Assembly (NCBI GenBank): GCA_963843375.1
Contig: CAWJKT010000010.1
Span: forward strand, 105,424 to 169,423
Source: an uncultured Pseudomonadota bacterium
Lineage (GTDB): Bacteria; Oederibacteriota; Muellerivitia; Muellerivitales; Muellerivitaceae
DNA: 64,000 nt
Direction: 5' to 3'
How positions within the stretch are numbered: position 1 is the stretch's first letter; every line of letters begins with the position of its first letter. This document shows positions 20,172-31,200 of this stretch, piece after piece. The notes under the pieces are model-generated. The model made no database searches, had not been told where the DNA came from, and saw only the letters and a list, made by a program, of their open reading frames with translations. A program made the translations under genes and the position numbers.

Positions 20172-21456
20172 AAATCGAATGATTTATTCCGTTTCTGAGC
20201 TTCTTCAATCCGCCCGAATGCTTTTGGAAACCAAGTTTCCGAATATTCTGGTCCAAGGTGAAATAACTGATTTCAAACATCATTCTTCCGGTCATATGTA
20301 TTTTTCCCTCAAGGACGAGAAAAGTGTTTTACGATGCGCTTTTTTCAAAGGCAATAACTTTGGGCTAGCCTTCAAGCCCGAAAACGGCTTAAAAGTGGTG
20401 GCGGGAGGTCTTATCACGATCTACCAAGGCTACGGCCAGTTTCAAATGAATGTTCAGTTGCTGGAGCCTCAAGGTGTGGGCGGCCTTCAATTAGCCTTTG
20501 AGCAGTTGAAAAAGAAACTGGCCGAAGAGGGCCTTTTTGATCCGGCAAGAAAAAGACCTCTCCCCAAGTACCCAAAACGAATCGCCATTGTTACCTCGGG
20601 GCAGGGAGCGGCCCTGCAAGATTTTTTGAAAATTCTTGCCACCCGGGTTGGAGTTGAGGACTTTGATGTTTTCGACGTCAAGGTTCAGGGTAAGGAAGCC
20701 CCTGTTGAAATCATTTCTGCTATCCGGGAAATTTCTGAAAAAGCGCTCCACGATGTTCTGGTTTTAACCAGGGGTGGAGGCAGCCAGGAAGATCTGGCGG
20801 CCTTCAACGACGAAAGGGTGGTGAGAGAGCTGGCCTCCTCAAGCGTCCCGACCATTTGCGCCGTAGGACATGAGGTGGATTTCAGCCTTTGTGATTTCGT
20901 CGCAGATTTGCGGGCTCCGACTCCGACGGCAGCGGCGGCTATGCTGGCCCCCGGACGGGATGAGGTGGAGTCGGAAATCGCCAATCTGGCTTTGCGGTTA
21001 AAAGACGCCTTGAATGACTTGGTTCAGGAAAGAAAAAGAGACCTTCAAGAACTGTCGGGAATTCTTCAAGAACGCCGACCTGATTATTTAATCACTGAAG
21101 CCCGTCAGAACCTGGACCGCAGAACAGAAGATTTACAGGAAGCTTTACTGAAAGCACTTCAAGATAAGAAACTAATTCTTCAGCGTTTCGGGGATTTTCT
21201 TTCCCGCGCCACACCCCTACAGGCCGTCAAACCTTTCCGTGAAAAGATCCATGGCCTGGAAGCCCAATTACAAGCCTACCATCCTTATGGCCCATTGAAA
21301 CGGGGATATGCGGTGGTCAGCCTCAAAAAGACAGGTGAAATCCTGCGTTCTCCTAAGGGTTTGAAAAAGGGCGACCGTCTTGGCATTCAACTTCAGCAAG
21401 GAACCCTGGAATCTGAAGTGAGCGGCCTTGATGAACAAGGGGATTTGCTTTCGTAA
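20161..21456 (+). CDS. xseA: Exodeoxyribonuclease VII large subunit
   Basis: OB-fold N-terminus (…ILVQGEITDFKHHSSGHMYFSLKDE…), catalytic region, coiled-coil C-terminus; 431 aa. Confidence 0.9.
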   Translation: MNLENRMIYSVSELLQSARMLLETKFPNILVQGEITDFKHHSSGHMYFSLKDEKSVLRCAFFKGNNFGLAFKPENGLKVVAGGLITIYQGYGQFQMNVQLLEPQGVGGLQLAFEQLKKKLAEEGLFDPARKRPLPKYPKRIAIVTSGQGAALQDFLKILATRVGVEDFDVFDVKVQGKEAPVEIISAIREISEKALHDVLVLTRGGGSQEDLAAFNDERVVRELASSSVPTICAVGHEVDFSLCDFVADLRAPTPTAAAAMLAPGRDEVESEIANLALRLKDALNDLVQERKRDLQELSGILQERRPDYLITEARQNLDRRTEDLQEALLKALQDKKLILQRFGDFLSRATPLQAVKPFREKIHGLEAQLQAYHPYGPLKRGYAVVSLKKTGEILRSPKGLKKGDRLGIQLQQGTLESEVSGLDEQGDLLS

Positions 21457-21588
21457 ATGAACTTAACGATCTACAAAAGCGCTTTTTCGGTAATTTGGCT
21501 CGTTATGAGATTCGTTTGCATTTAAAAGATTTAAAAAATCTTGGCCTCAAATGAATTCCGCTTATATCATCAGTCCCCGGAGGTAGGC

Positions 21589-23544
21589 ATGAAGGCTTTC
21601 GTAAAGTCAATGATGCTCCTTACTTCCATAGGTTTGGTTTCAATTCCATCCATTCTTCGTTCAGAAGGAACAATGCCAGAGAATCATTATAAAAATTTCA
21701 AAACTGCCATCTATATCGTGGTCAACGCGACACGTTCCTTTTCCGATCTCAAACGGCTACAACGGGAATTCGATCGAACCATGGCCCAGGTCAAATTCGA
21801 CAAGGTCTATCTGGAAGTCTACCGAGACAAACAATTTGCCGACGAATCGAAGTTGGATGGCATCAAAAAGTTTTTCACGGACCATGGGGTGGAAGTTTGG
21901 GGTGGAATTACCCTGGCCAAGGGCGGGCATGGGGGCCAGTTCGGAACTTTCGATTATGAGAATCCGGAGGATAGGGCCGAATGCAAGAAAGCCGTGGAAA
22001 TGGCCGCTCGGCATTTCGACCATGTCATTCTGGATGATTTTTTCTTCTATACAAGCAAATCCGACGCTGATATCTCCGCGAAGGGCAAGCGTTCCTGGAC
22101 GCAATACCGGCTGGATACCATGCGCAAAGCTTCCAGGAACCTCGTTCTCAAACCCGCAAGGACCATCAATCCTAATATCAAGATGATCATCAAGTACCCT
22201 AATTGGTACGAGCATTTTCAAGGGCTCGGCTACGACCTGGAAAAACAATCCCAAATGTTTGACTACATTTATACCGGGACAGAAACCCGTGATCCAACGA
22301 TCACGGATCAACTTCTCCAGCAATACGAGAGTTATGAAATTTTCCGCTACTTTAGCAACATCCGTCCGGATGGAGGCAATCTAGGTGGATGGGTTGACGT
22401 CTACAGCACCCGTTACGTGGATCGTTACGCCGAGGAATTGTGGGACACCCTTTTTGCCAAAGCACCTGAAATTACCCTATTCAATTGGGCTCCGATGTCC
22501 GAAACCCGTGCCTTGGATCCGGGAAACCGGGAAACCTGGAAGAACTTAGCGACAAGTTTTAATTGGGATGAAATGATCAAGACCTATAACCCAGCTCCCG
22601 GGGATACCGCCCCACCTGGGTGGGGAAGAGCGGCGGGTTATTCGCTGGAGAAAGTAGACCGGGTCTTGGGAATGCTGGGGAATCCCATCGGCATCGCCAG
22701 TTACAAGCCTTACCAGTCAACAGGAGAGGATTTCCTCCACAATTACCTGGGCAACATCGGGATTCCCATTGAGCTTCTACCCGAGTATCCCAAGGACGCC
22801 GATACAATCCTGTTGACTGAATCCGCAAAATTTGACCCCCGGATTGTTTCCAAGATCAAGTCCAGCCTGAAAGCGGGCAAGAACGTCTTCATTACCTCGG
22901 GACTTTTGAAGGCTTTGCAGGGGAAGGGGATCGAGGACATCGCAGAGCTGGAGTGTACCGGGCGAACGGTCTCCATTCATGATTTTATCAACGGTTACGG
23001 GGCCGGGAACGGAACCCCTTTAAACGACCCAAGTCACGAAAACCCATCCATTCTATTTCCGGAAATCCGGTTTTTCACGAACGATACCTGGGGGATCATC
23101 CGAGGTGTGGCCACATCCAAGGGATTCCCAGTCCTGCTTATGAACCGGTATTCCAAAGGCATCCTTTATGTGATTACAATTCCCGAAAACATTTCCGATC
23201 TCTACAATCTGCCGCAGGGCGTGGTGACCGCGATTAAAGGCTACCTTCAGGGCGATTTTCCGGTTCGGATCGATTCCCCCGCCCAGGTGGCTCTCTTCGC
23301 CTATGACAACAACAGCTTCGTGGTGGAATCTTTCCGATCCGAGCCCTGTGACGTGACGGTGACTTTGCCGGGAGAAACGGTTAAGTTAAGAGACGTTCAA
23401 CTTGATGTGCGGGTGGATGCCCAACCCGTCGCGACCCCCGACCTGAATAATTGGTGGGCCCAACAAAACCCCGAACCGCCAAAGAGGAATTTCAAAGTCC
23501 AAATAGCACCTCATTCCTACCGGGTTTTCTCCATCGAAAAATAG
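21589..23544 (+). CDS. Secreted protein of unknown function (~650 aa), inserted between xseA and xseB
   Basis: Start taken at ATG 21589 after a GGAGGT RBS; N-terminal signal peptide (MKAFVKSMMLLTSIGLVSIPSILRSEG); no family recognised with confidence (possible glycoside-hydrolase-like TIM-barrel N-terminal region). Confidence 0.7.
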   Translation: MKAFVKSMMLLTSIGLVSIPSILRSEGTMPENHYKNFKTAIYIVVNATRSFSDLKRLQREFDRTMAQVKFDKVYLEVYRDKQFADESKLDGIKKFFTDHGVEVWGGITLAKGGHGGQFGTFDYENPEDRAECKKAVEMAARHFDHVILDDFFFYTSKSDADISAKGKRSWTQYRLDTMRKASRNLVLKPARTINPNIKMIIKYPNWYEHFQGLGYDLEKQSQMFDYIYTGTETRDPTITDQLLQQYESYEIFRYFSNIRPDGGNLGGWVDVYSTRYVDRYAEELWDTLFAKAPEITLFNWAPMSETRALDPGNRETWKNLATSFNWDEMIKTYNPAPGDTAPPGWGRAAGYSLEKVDRVLGMLGNPIGIASYKPYQSTGEDFLHNYLGNIGIPIELLPEYPKDADTILLTESAKFDPRIVSKIKSSLKAGKNVFITSGLLKALQGKGIEDIAELECTGRTVSIHDFINGYGAGNGTPLNDPSHENPSILFPEIRFFTNDTWGIIRGVATSKGFPVLLMNRYSKGILYVITIPENISDLYNLPQGVVTAIKGYLQGDFPVRIDSPAQVALFAYDNNSFVVESFRSEPCDVTVTLPGETVKLRDVQLDVRVDAQPVATPDLNNWWAQQNPEPPKRNFKVQIAPHSYRVFSIEK

Positions 23545-23593
23545 GCCTGTCTTAAGGTACACTAAGACTTTAAATTTACCTGAGGATTTATAG

Positions 23594-23818
23594 ATGCCAA
23601 CACAGCCCGCGTTTGAAGATTCACTCACAAAACTTGAAGCTATTGTCGAAAAAATGGAATCGGGCGACCTCAAGTTGGAGGACTCATTAAAGCTGTTTGA
23701 AGAGGGAATGAAACTCACAAAGGAGTGCAATTCCCGTCTTAATGAAATTGAAAAAAAGGTCAAATTGCTTTTGAAGAACGCCTCGGCCAAATCCAAAGAC
23801 GAAGATTCCAAAAGCTAA
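23594..23818 (+). CDS. xseB: Exodeoxyribonuclease VII small subunit
   Basis: 74 aa, FEDSLTKLEAIVEKMESGDLKLEDSLKLFEEGMKL typical of XseB. Confidence 0.85.
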   Translation: MPTQPAFEDSLTKLEAIVEKMESGDLKLEDSLKLFEEGMKLTKECNSRLNEIEKKVKLLLKNASAKSKDEDSKS

Positions 23819-23823
23819 CCCGG

Positions 23824-24720
23824 ATGTCTTTTTCCATACAATCCTACCTGGAACAAAAACGCCATGTGGTTGACCAAGCGCTCCAAAAGGTCTTCCGTGA
23901 CGGATTCCCTTGCCCTTCGACTCTTTGGAACAGCATGAAGTACAGCGTCTTTGCAGGGGGCAAACGCTTACGTCCTATCCTTTGCTTGGCATCGGCGGAT
24001 GCGGTGGGTCTTGCTCACAAGGACGCCCTTCGGATCGCCTGCGCTTTGGAATTGATTCACACCTATAGCCTCATTCATGACGATTTGCCATCATTGGACG
24101 ACGATGATTACCGGCGCGGACGCAAGACCAACCACAAGGTTTATGGCGAAGCTATGGCCCTTTTGGCCGGAGATGGACTCCAAACCCTCGCCTTCGAGTG
24201 GATTTCAAATCCCGCCGCCTACAATGCCCGTTACCGCAAAAACATCCCCCAAACCATATTTGAACTGGCGCATTACGCCGGCTATCCCGGCATGGTTGGC
24301 GGTCAGGTGGATGACGTCCTGGCGGAAAAGCAAAAACCTTTGTTGTCCAAAGTGCTTTCCATCCACCGCCGTAAAACCGGAGCCCTGCTTCTTTCTAGCG
24401 TCAGGCTTCCGGCGCTTTTGGCGGGTGCCCCACGTCCAAAACTTATGGCCTTAACGGATTATGGCTGGTCGGCGGGCTTGGCTTTCCAGATCGTGGACGA
24501 CATACTGAACGAAACAGGGAACCGCAAAACATTGGGCAAATCCACCGGGAGCGACCGAATCCGGGGAAAAATGACTTATCCCGCGGCAATTGGTTTGGAA
24601 AAGTCAAAAAGAGAAGTCGACAATCTTACCCAGAGGGCCGTAAAAGCCTTGAAGCCCTTGGGAGAAAAAGGAATACCACTGGAAGAACTTGTGCATTACA
24701 TGGCTTGGAGGACAAGTTAG
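23824..24720 (+). CDS. ispA: Farnesyl diphosphate synthase (polyprenyl synthetase)
   Basis: First and second Asp-rich motifs (LIHDDLPSLDDDDYRRG; FQIVDDILN). Confidence 0.9.
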   Translation: MSFSIQSYLEQKRHVVDQALQKVFRDGFPCPSTLWNSMKYSVFAGGKRLRPILCLASADAVGLAHKDALRIACALELIHTYSLIHDDLPSLDDDDYRRGRKTNHKVYGEAMALLAGDGLQTLAFEWISNPAAYNARYRKNIPQTIFELAHYAGYPGMVGGQVDDVLAEKQKPLLSKVLSIHRRKTGALLLSSVRLPALLAGAPRPKLMALTDYGWSAGLAFQIVDDILNETGNRKTLGKSTGSDRIRGKMTYPAAIGLEKSKREVDNLTQRAVKALKPLGEKGIPLEELVHYMAWRTS

Positions 24721-24722
24721 CC

Positions 24723-25178
24723 ATGAAACCATTGAATGAAAAGGGATCGGTAAAAATATTATATGCAACTACGGTGGCTTGGGTCATTGCACAGGGCTTT
24801 AAGGTTTTGATATATTACGTCCGGCACCGAAAGATCAATTTCCGGTTGTTTGTGGGTACGGGAGGCATGCCAAGTTCCCATTCAGCTTTAGTCTGTTCCC
24901 TTGCCACGGCCATTGGCCTGGAAACCGGATGGGATTCACCGGTTTTCCTGCTGTCAGTTGGGATGGCCCTGATCATCATGTCGGATGCGGCAGGCGTACG
25001 TCGAGCGGTGGGTCAACAGGCTCAAATCCTCAATGAAATTATGGACGATCTGAATAGTTCCAGGCCCGTTCCCGACAAAAAGCTTAAGGAACTGTTGGGT
25101 CATACACCGGTTCAAGTATTTATGGGCGCCCTCTTGGGTATTATTGTGGTTTTGGTGATGTACCATTGGATGCAATAG
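24723..25178 (+). CDS. Divergent PAP2 family (DUF212, YuiD-like) membrane protein
   Basis: FVGTGGMPSSHSA, MSDAAGVRR and LKELLGHTPVQVFMG match the YuiD/DUF212 family. Confidence 0.8.
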   Translation: MKPLNEKGSVKILYATTVAWVIAQGFKVLIYYVRHRKINFRLFVGTGGMPSSHSALVCSLATAIGLETGWDSPVFLLSVGMALIIMSDAAGVRRAVGQQAQILNEIMDDLNSSRPVPDKKLKELLGHTPVQVFMGALLGIIVVLVMYHWMQ

Positions 25179-25186
25179 GAAACGAA

Positions 25187-27103
25187 ATGTACGAATATTT
25201 GGATAAAATAATCTCTCCAGCTCACTTGCGGGCCTTGCCGGTCGAGGCTCTTCCCAAAGTGGCTGAAGAACTGCGTGATTTTCTCGTCACTTCTGTCTCC
25301 CAAACTGGGGGCCATTTAGGCTCCAGTATGGGCGCGGTGGAGTTGACGCTGGCCATGCATTATGTTTACGACACCCCCCAGGACCGAATCGTATGGGACG
25401 TGGGGCACCAAGCCTATGGCCATAAAGCTATCACGGGTCGCCGGGAAAAGTTCCCCACACTCCGTCAATTTCAGGGACTTTGCGGCTTCCCCAAGCGCAA
25501 CGAAAGCGAATATGACACTTTCGCTGTTGGCCATGCGGGTACGGCCCTCTCAGCCGCCTATGGAATGGCTAGAGCCCGGGATATCCAGAAAAAAGATTTT
25601 CATGTCGTGGCGGTCGTGGGGGATGCGGCCATTTCCAACGGCCTTTCCATGGAAGCTCTGAACAATATCGGTGATCACCCTAACATGAACATGACGGTTA
25701 TCCTGAACGACAACGAAATGTCCATTTCACCCAGTGTGGGGGCGATGACTTCCTACCTCAATAAAATCCTTGCCGGTAAATCCTATAATGAGGCCAAGAC
25801 CCATGTGGAGCGGTTCATCGACCGTATTCCCAAGGTCGGCCATCAAATGCTCCAAATGACCCATCACGCCGAGGAAGCCCTCAAAGGATTCGTGACCCCG
25901 GGTACGCTTTTCGAGGAATTGGGCCTTCGCTATTACGGCCCTATCGACGGTCACGACTTGCGGACCCTGGTTGAGATCTTTAAGAAAGTTAAGCAATTGA
26001 AGGGTCCTATCATGTTGCACGTCGTGACCCGGAAGGGAAAGGGCTACAGTCCGGCGGAGGAAAACCCTGAGAAATTTCATGGGGTGACGGTGTTCGATAA
26101 GGAAACCGGAAAAAGCACCGCGGTTCCAGTTACCGGCGCGGCTCCTGCTTATACGAAAGTATTTGGCGACGCTATGATCGAACTTGCTAAAAACAATCCG
26201 AAGCTGGTCGGAATTACGGCGGCTATGCCAGAAGGAACCGGATTAAAAAAATTCGGGGAAATTTACACCGACCGTTATATCGACGTGGGCATTGCGGAAA
26301 GCCACGGCGTTTGCATGGCGGCGGGACTGGCTTGCGAGGGCATCAAGCCGGTAGTGGCCATATACTCCACTTTCCTTCAAAGGGCTTATGACCAGATCAT
26401 CCATGACGTCTGCCTGCAAAAACTCCCAGTCGTTTTCGCCCTCGACCGGGGCGGCCTTGTGGGCGAGGATGGGGAGACCCACCAAGGCGTTTATGACCTT
26501 TCCTATCTTCGTTGCGTGCCCAACATGGTCGTAATGGCTCCTTCGGACGAGAATGAGATGAGAAACATGCTTTACACCGCCGTCGAGTACAACGGGCCTA
26601 TCGCTTTGCGGTATCCCCGGGGGAACGGAGAAGGGGTGAAAATTGAAGAAGGGTTCAAAAAACTTGAGATCGGCAAAGGAACCCTCCTTGAAGAAGGCAA
26701 AGATTACGCGCTCCTTGCGATCGGCCGTATGGTGGGCGTGGCGAAAATCGCCCGTGAAATGTTAAAGAGAGAGGGCCTGGAAGGAACTGTTGCTAACTTT
26801 CGTTTCGTGAAACCCTTGGATGAAAAGCTTCTGGTTTCTATTGCTCAAAAAACAAAGGTCCTCGTCACCTTGGAAGAGAACTCAGCCATTGGAGGTTTTG
26901 GCAGCGCCGTACTGGAAGCCCTCCAAAAAAACGGGATAACGGATTGCGCGGTAAAATGTATCGGCATTCCCGACCGTTTTATTGAGCATGGAAAACCTCA
27001 GTTACAGCGGGAATTGTGCGGCCTCGAACCCCCCCAAGTAGCTGAAATCGTCAAAAAAATGTTGAAGGACCAAACCCCTTTCATGTTGGGAGTCGTATCC
27101 TAA
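25187..27103 (+). CDS. dxs: 1-deoxy-D-xylulose-5-phosphate synthase
   Basis: TPP-binding region (…HLGSSMGAVELT…GDAAISNGLSMEALN…), transketolase-like pyrimidine and C-terminal domains. Confidence 0.95.
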   Translation: MYEYLDKIISPAHLRALPVEALPKVAEELRDFLVTSVSQTGGHLGSSMGAVELTLAMHYVYDTPQDRIVWDVGHQAYGHKAITGRREKFPTLRQFQGLCGFPKRNESEYDTFAVGHAGTALSAAYGMARARDIQKKDFHVVAVVGDAAISNGLSMEALNNIGDHPNMNMTVILNDNEMSISPSVGAMTSYLNKILAGKSYNEAKTHVERFIDRIPKVGHQMLQMTHHAEEALKGFVTPGTLFEELGLRYYGPIDGHDLRTLVEIFKKVKQLKGPIMLHVVTRKGKGYSPAEENPEKFHGVTVFDKETGKSTAVPVTGAAPAYTKVFGDAMIELAKNNPKLVGITAAMPEGTGLKKFGEIYTDRYIDVGIAESHGVCMAAGLACEGIKPVVAIYSTFLQRAYDQIIHDVCLQKLPVVFALDRGGLVGEDGETHQGVYDLSYLRCVPNMVVMAPSDENEMRNMLYTAVEYNGPIALRYPRGNGEGVKIEEGFKKLEIGKGTLLEEGKDYALLAIGRMVGVAKIAREMLKREGLEGTVANFRFVKPLDEKLLVSIAQKTKVLVTLEENSAIGGFGSAVLEALQKNGITDCAVKCIGIPDRFIEHGKPQLQRELCGLEPPQVAEIVKKMLKDQTPFMLGVVS

Positions 27104-28087
27104 ATGCCGTTTCTCAACCGTAGGGTTTGTTTATTTCTTCTTTTAGACGCGGCCATTCTCCTGGCTCTCATGGGAATTTTTACCGCCATTAATCACGCCT
27201 TTGTTCCGGCGCCCAATACCTTAAGCGAAAAAATATCCATTACACCGACGGTGGCGGCTATCCCCCAAACCATCACCGCCCGCAAAACCGGCCCCATTGT
27301 GGAATCCCAACCCGGTGAGGAATTTGACACCACAAAACTTCGGTCCAAAACAGTCAAAGTCGTAGCCCATGCCATTGCTATGGGTGAAAACTATTGGACT
27401 ATTGCCAAAAACAACAGCATTGATATCTACACCCTCATTGGGGCCAATCCGTCCATGCCTTTCAAGGCCAGGATCAAACAATCCCTAAATCTTCTTTCAC
27501 GAAAAGGCATTCTTTATACCGCTCAAAAAGGGGACGATATTTCCAAGATCGCCCAAGCTTTGGGAACGGACGAGAAAACCATCAGGTCGGAAAACGGCAT
27601 CACTTGGTGGAACAACCTGAAAGAAGGCGATGTTCTTTTTATCCCCGCCGTTAAACCGATTTTCATGGTCAAAGATTGGAAGGATTATTTCAGCAAGCGG
27701 GGTATTTTTGGTGACCCCTTAGGAAGATGGGGAAGGATCAACTCCCCTTTCAGTTTCCGTACTGACCCGATCACGGGTGAAATCCGCCACCATAATGGTG
27801 TGGATTTGAAGGCCAAATATGGTGATCCCGTCTATGCCGCGGCTGGGGGAAAGGTGATTTTCACCGGGGTTTCGGGCGGTTACGGGAACTTGATCATCAT
27901 CGCAAGTGCAAACTCCTTCCACACCTATTATGGGCATCTTTCCAAAATTTACGCCAAACAGGGCCAAAAAGTGCGGCGGGGAATCCTCATTGGCCGGGTC
28001 GGCGCCACCGGCCGCGTGACCGGCCCCCATCTCCATTTTGAAATCCGCAAGAACGGAAAACCCGTCGATCCTTTGTTGTATATTTAA
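27104..28087 (+). CDS. M23-family metallopeptidase with LysM domains
   Basis: N-terminal TM/signal region, two LysM-like segments, HNGVDL…GHLSKI…HLHFEI M23 zinc motifs. Confidence 0.85.
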   Translation: MPFLNRRVCLFLLLDAAILLALMGIFTAINHAFVPAPNTLSEKISITPTVAAIPQTITARKTGPIVESQPGEEFDTTKLRSKTVKVVAHAIAMGENYWTIAKNNSIDIYTLIGANPSMPFKARIKQSLNLLSRKGILYTAQKGDDISKIAQALGTDEKTIRSENGITWWNNLKEGDVLFIPAVKPIFMVKDWKDYFSKRGIFGDPLGRWGRINSPFSFRTDPITGEIRHHNGVDLKAKYGDPVYAAAGGKVIFTGVSGGYGNLIIIASANSFHTYYGHLSKIYAKQGQKVRRGILIGRVGATGRVTGPHLHFEIRKNGKPVDPLLYI

Positions 28088-28285
28088 AATCAAATAAGGC
28101 TCTTAACCCATAAAACCCCAGGGACACCAGGATAATCGAAAATAAGCTTAACTTTGACTCCTATTGAACCTCTTTGCTTTTAATCATTCTTATTGCCTTT
28201 TATGCCTTCGTGGTTCAAAAGCTTTATCGGATTGGTTTTTTGGAAGGTTGAATTCGCTGGTTTAACCTTGTAATGTAATAGGCCA

Positions 28286-31200
28286 ATGGATCCAAGATTT
28301 GTCAAAGATACGGGCACAGAGACTTATACCGGCAACGAACTGATTCTCAAAGGCGGTCTGGAAGCGGGGATGAACCTTTTAACCGGTTATCCCGGTTCCC
28401 CCGTGGCGGATGTTTTCGAAGCCGCCGTCAATGCGACCCCCTACCTTAAAGAGCATGGCATTCTCGCCCAAATTGCCAACAATGAGGCCCTCTCCGCCGC
28501 AAGGTTGAACGGGGCTCAAATGGCTGGACTGCGGGCCATTACAGTCATGAAATCCGTAGGGTTCCACGTTGCCGCCGACGCCCTAGTGGCGGGAAGCCTG
28601 GCAAAGAAAGACCACAAAGGCGCTGGGGTGATCGTCATCGGCGATGACCCCTGGAGCGATACCACCCAGGTGCCGGTCGATTCCCGGCGTCTCTCCGACC
28701 ATTTGTTCATCCCCGTTTTGGAACCGGCTACTTTTCAAGAAATTAAGGATTGGATAAAGGTCGCCTTCGAGCTTTCAGAAGAAGCTGATCTTTTCATCGC
28801 CTACCTGCTTATCACCTATACGGCCGAAGGCGGGGGAAGCGTGGATGTCTATCCTAATCAACCTCCCAAAGGCGCTACGACCCTGAACAAGGTTACCATC
28901 GACAGTTCCAAGTTTGACATCACCCATTCCATAGTCCTGCCACCGCACACCATCCCTCTGGAAAAAGAAGCTCTGGAAGTGAAGTTCCCCCGGCTCCTCG
29001 AATCCGCACGGGCTAAGGGCATCAATAAAATAATTCCGGCCAAAGAAAAGAGTTTTGCCTTTATCACGGCAGGGGCTTCTTACACCTACCTGGAGCAGGC
29101 CCTGTCGGAATTTGGCTTATCGGGTAAGTTTCCGATCCTGAAATTAGGCCTCACATTTCCGGTGGATCCCCAAGCGGTCGAGGAAATTCTGAAATACTCC
29201 GCCACCCTGGTAGTGGTGGAGGAAAAACGCCGTTTTATCGAAAGTCAGGTTCGAAATATCGTCATGGACCTTTACCAATCCGGTAAACTCAAGGAAATGC
29301 CGACGGTCTGGGGCAAATCTTTTCCCGAAGGACTGGAAGGCTTTACTGAAGGCAAGGGGTTAAGCCCGGCAGTGGTCATGACTACCTTGGCACCTCTCTT
29401 GAAACATTTCGAGCTTTCCACCCCTAAGGTGAACAAGGAAATCCAATTCATCAAGAGCCTGGACGACCTGGAAGTGAACATACCCAAACGCACCCCGTCT
29501 TTCTGCCCGGGATGTCCACATCGGGATTCCTCCTCGGTCTTCCTCCAATTGGTGGCGGATTTTAAAGACCCCGTCTACATGAAAAAGAACCACAAGCAAG
29601 GCCCTCTCGACATTCTTTTCCACGGGGATGCGGGTTGTTACGTTCTTCTTTTCATGCCCCCCAATGGGCCATTAATGCACAACTATATCGGCATGGGCCT
29701 GGGTGGCGGCACGGGCGCTGGCTTGTCGCCTTTTTCGACCAACAAATCGGTTTGTTTTATTGGTGATTCTACTTTCTTCCACTCCGGGCTTTCGGAAATC
29801 TCCGATTCCATCAAGAACAACCAGGATGTGCTTTACGTGGTTTTGGACAACAAGACTACCGCCATGACCGGCCACCAGCCCCATCCGGGAATGGAGTCCG
29901 ACCTGATGGGCAATCCCACTTTCGGCCAGGATATCGAAAAGGTTCTGAAAGGACTGACGAAAGGGAACGATCTCACCATTGCGCGAGTGAATCCTGAGAA
30001 GCGTGATGACTATCGGTTCCTGCTAGAGGATATGATTTTGGAACCAGGTGTGAAATTCGTCATCGCAGACAAGGAATGCGGCATTACTTATCACCGCCGC
30101 AAGCGTCGGGAAGTCAGCCAATTCAAGGCCAAGCATGGCTACCTGCCCGTCCAAAAACGCGTCAATGTGAACGACCATACCTGCGAATATTGCCTGGAAT
30201 GCACCCGATTGACAGGTTGTCCGGGTCTCGCCATAGAAGACACTCTTTACGGCCCTAAAATGTCCACCGATCTTTCCTATTGCGTTTCCGATATGGCCTG
30301 CACCCGAATCAAAGCTTGTCCGGCCTTCGAGGAACTCACCATCGTCCGTGCCCACAAACTGGAAAATCCTGTTTTGCCCGATCCGGGCCAAATACCGGAA
30401 CCTCAGCCTTTTGCATTCGAAGAAGACTGGCGTGGTTATATTGCCGGCGTCGGAGGGATGGGTATCGGTAGTTCCACCGCGGTTCTAGTGCGTGCCGCTG
30501 AAAAGCACGGCTACCACATAACTTTTTGTGATAAAAAGGGAATTGCCATCCGCAACGGCGGAGTCTATTCCCAAGTAACCTTTTCTAAGAAAAAAAAGGT
30601 GGTCTCGCCCCTGCAACCCCAGGGCAAATCCAATCTGCTTTTGGGCCTGGATATTCTGGAATCTGCACGGGGCCTAGACCCTCGTTTGAATTTCCGCATG
30701 GGTTCTAAACAATATACCCATTCGGTGGTGAATACCCACAAGACTCATACGATTTTAACTCTGATGGGAAAAGACGATTTCAGCCCGCTGGAACTATCCG
30801 AGCTTTTCAAGAAATACACGATGGATTATTTTGGTGCCGATATGAGCGCCATTGCCGAGCATTACCTGGGAAATAAGGTGTTCGTAAACGTCCTGCTTTT
30901 GGGTGTGGCTTTCCAAAGGGGCCTTTTGCCCGTCACTCTCCACGAAATGGTTGATTCCATCAAGGACAACTTCAACCCCAGCGCCGCCAAGCACAATATC
31001 GACGCCTTCCATTTGGGCCGGGATGTGGCAGTCCATCCGGAGAAATACGATGCCGAGGTCCGGCTAAGTTTCCAGGAAATTGTGATGAAGAAGACTGCGT
31101 TTTTGGGCGGAAAACGCGCTGAAGTCTATCTGAATATGACCAAGGAATTCCTGAAACTTTGGGAAGGAGATGAGGATACAAGAGTTCAATTTGCCAACCG

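Noticed and set aside
21541-21588. TTG start at 21541 for the secreted protein (ORF-track start)
   Set aside because: The ATG at 21589 is preceded by a GGAGGT RBS and immediately yields a canonical signal peptide. The upstream extension adds a non-hydrophobic leader.
24077-24454. 125-aa ORF in an alternative frame of ispA
   Set aside because: Embedded in the conserved polyprenyl-synthase reading frame; Pro/Trp-rich low-complexity translation; no start context.
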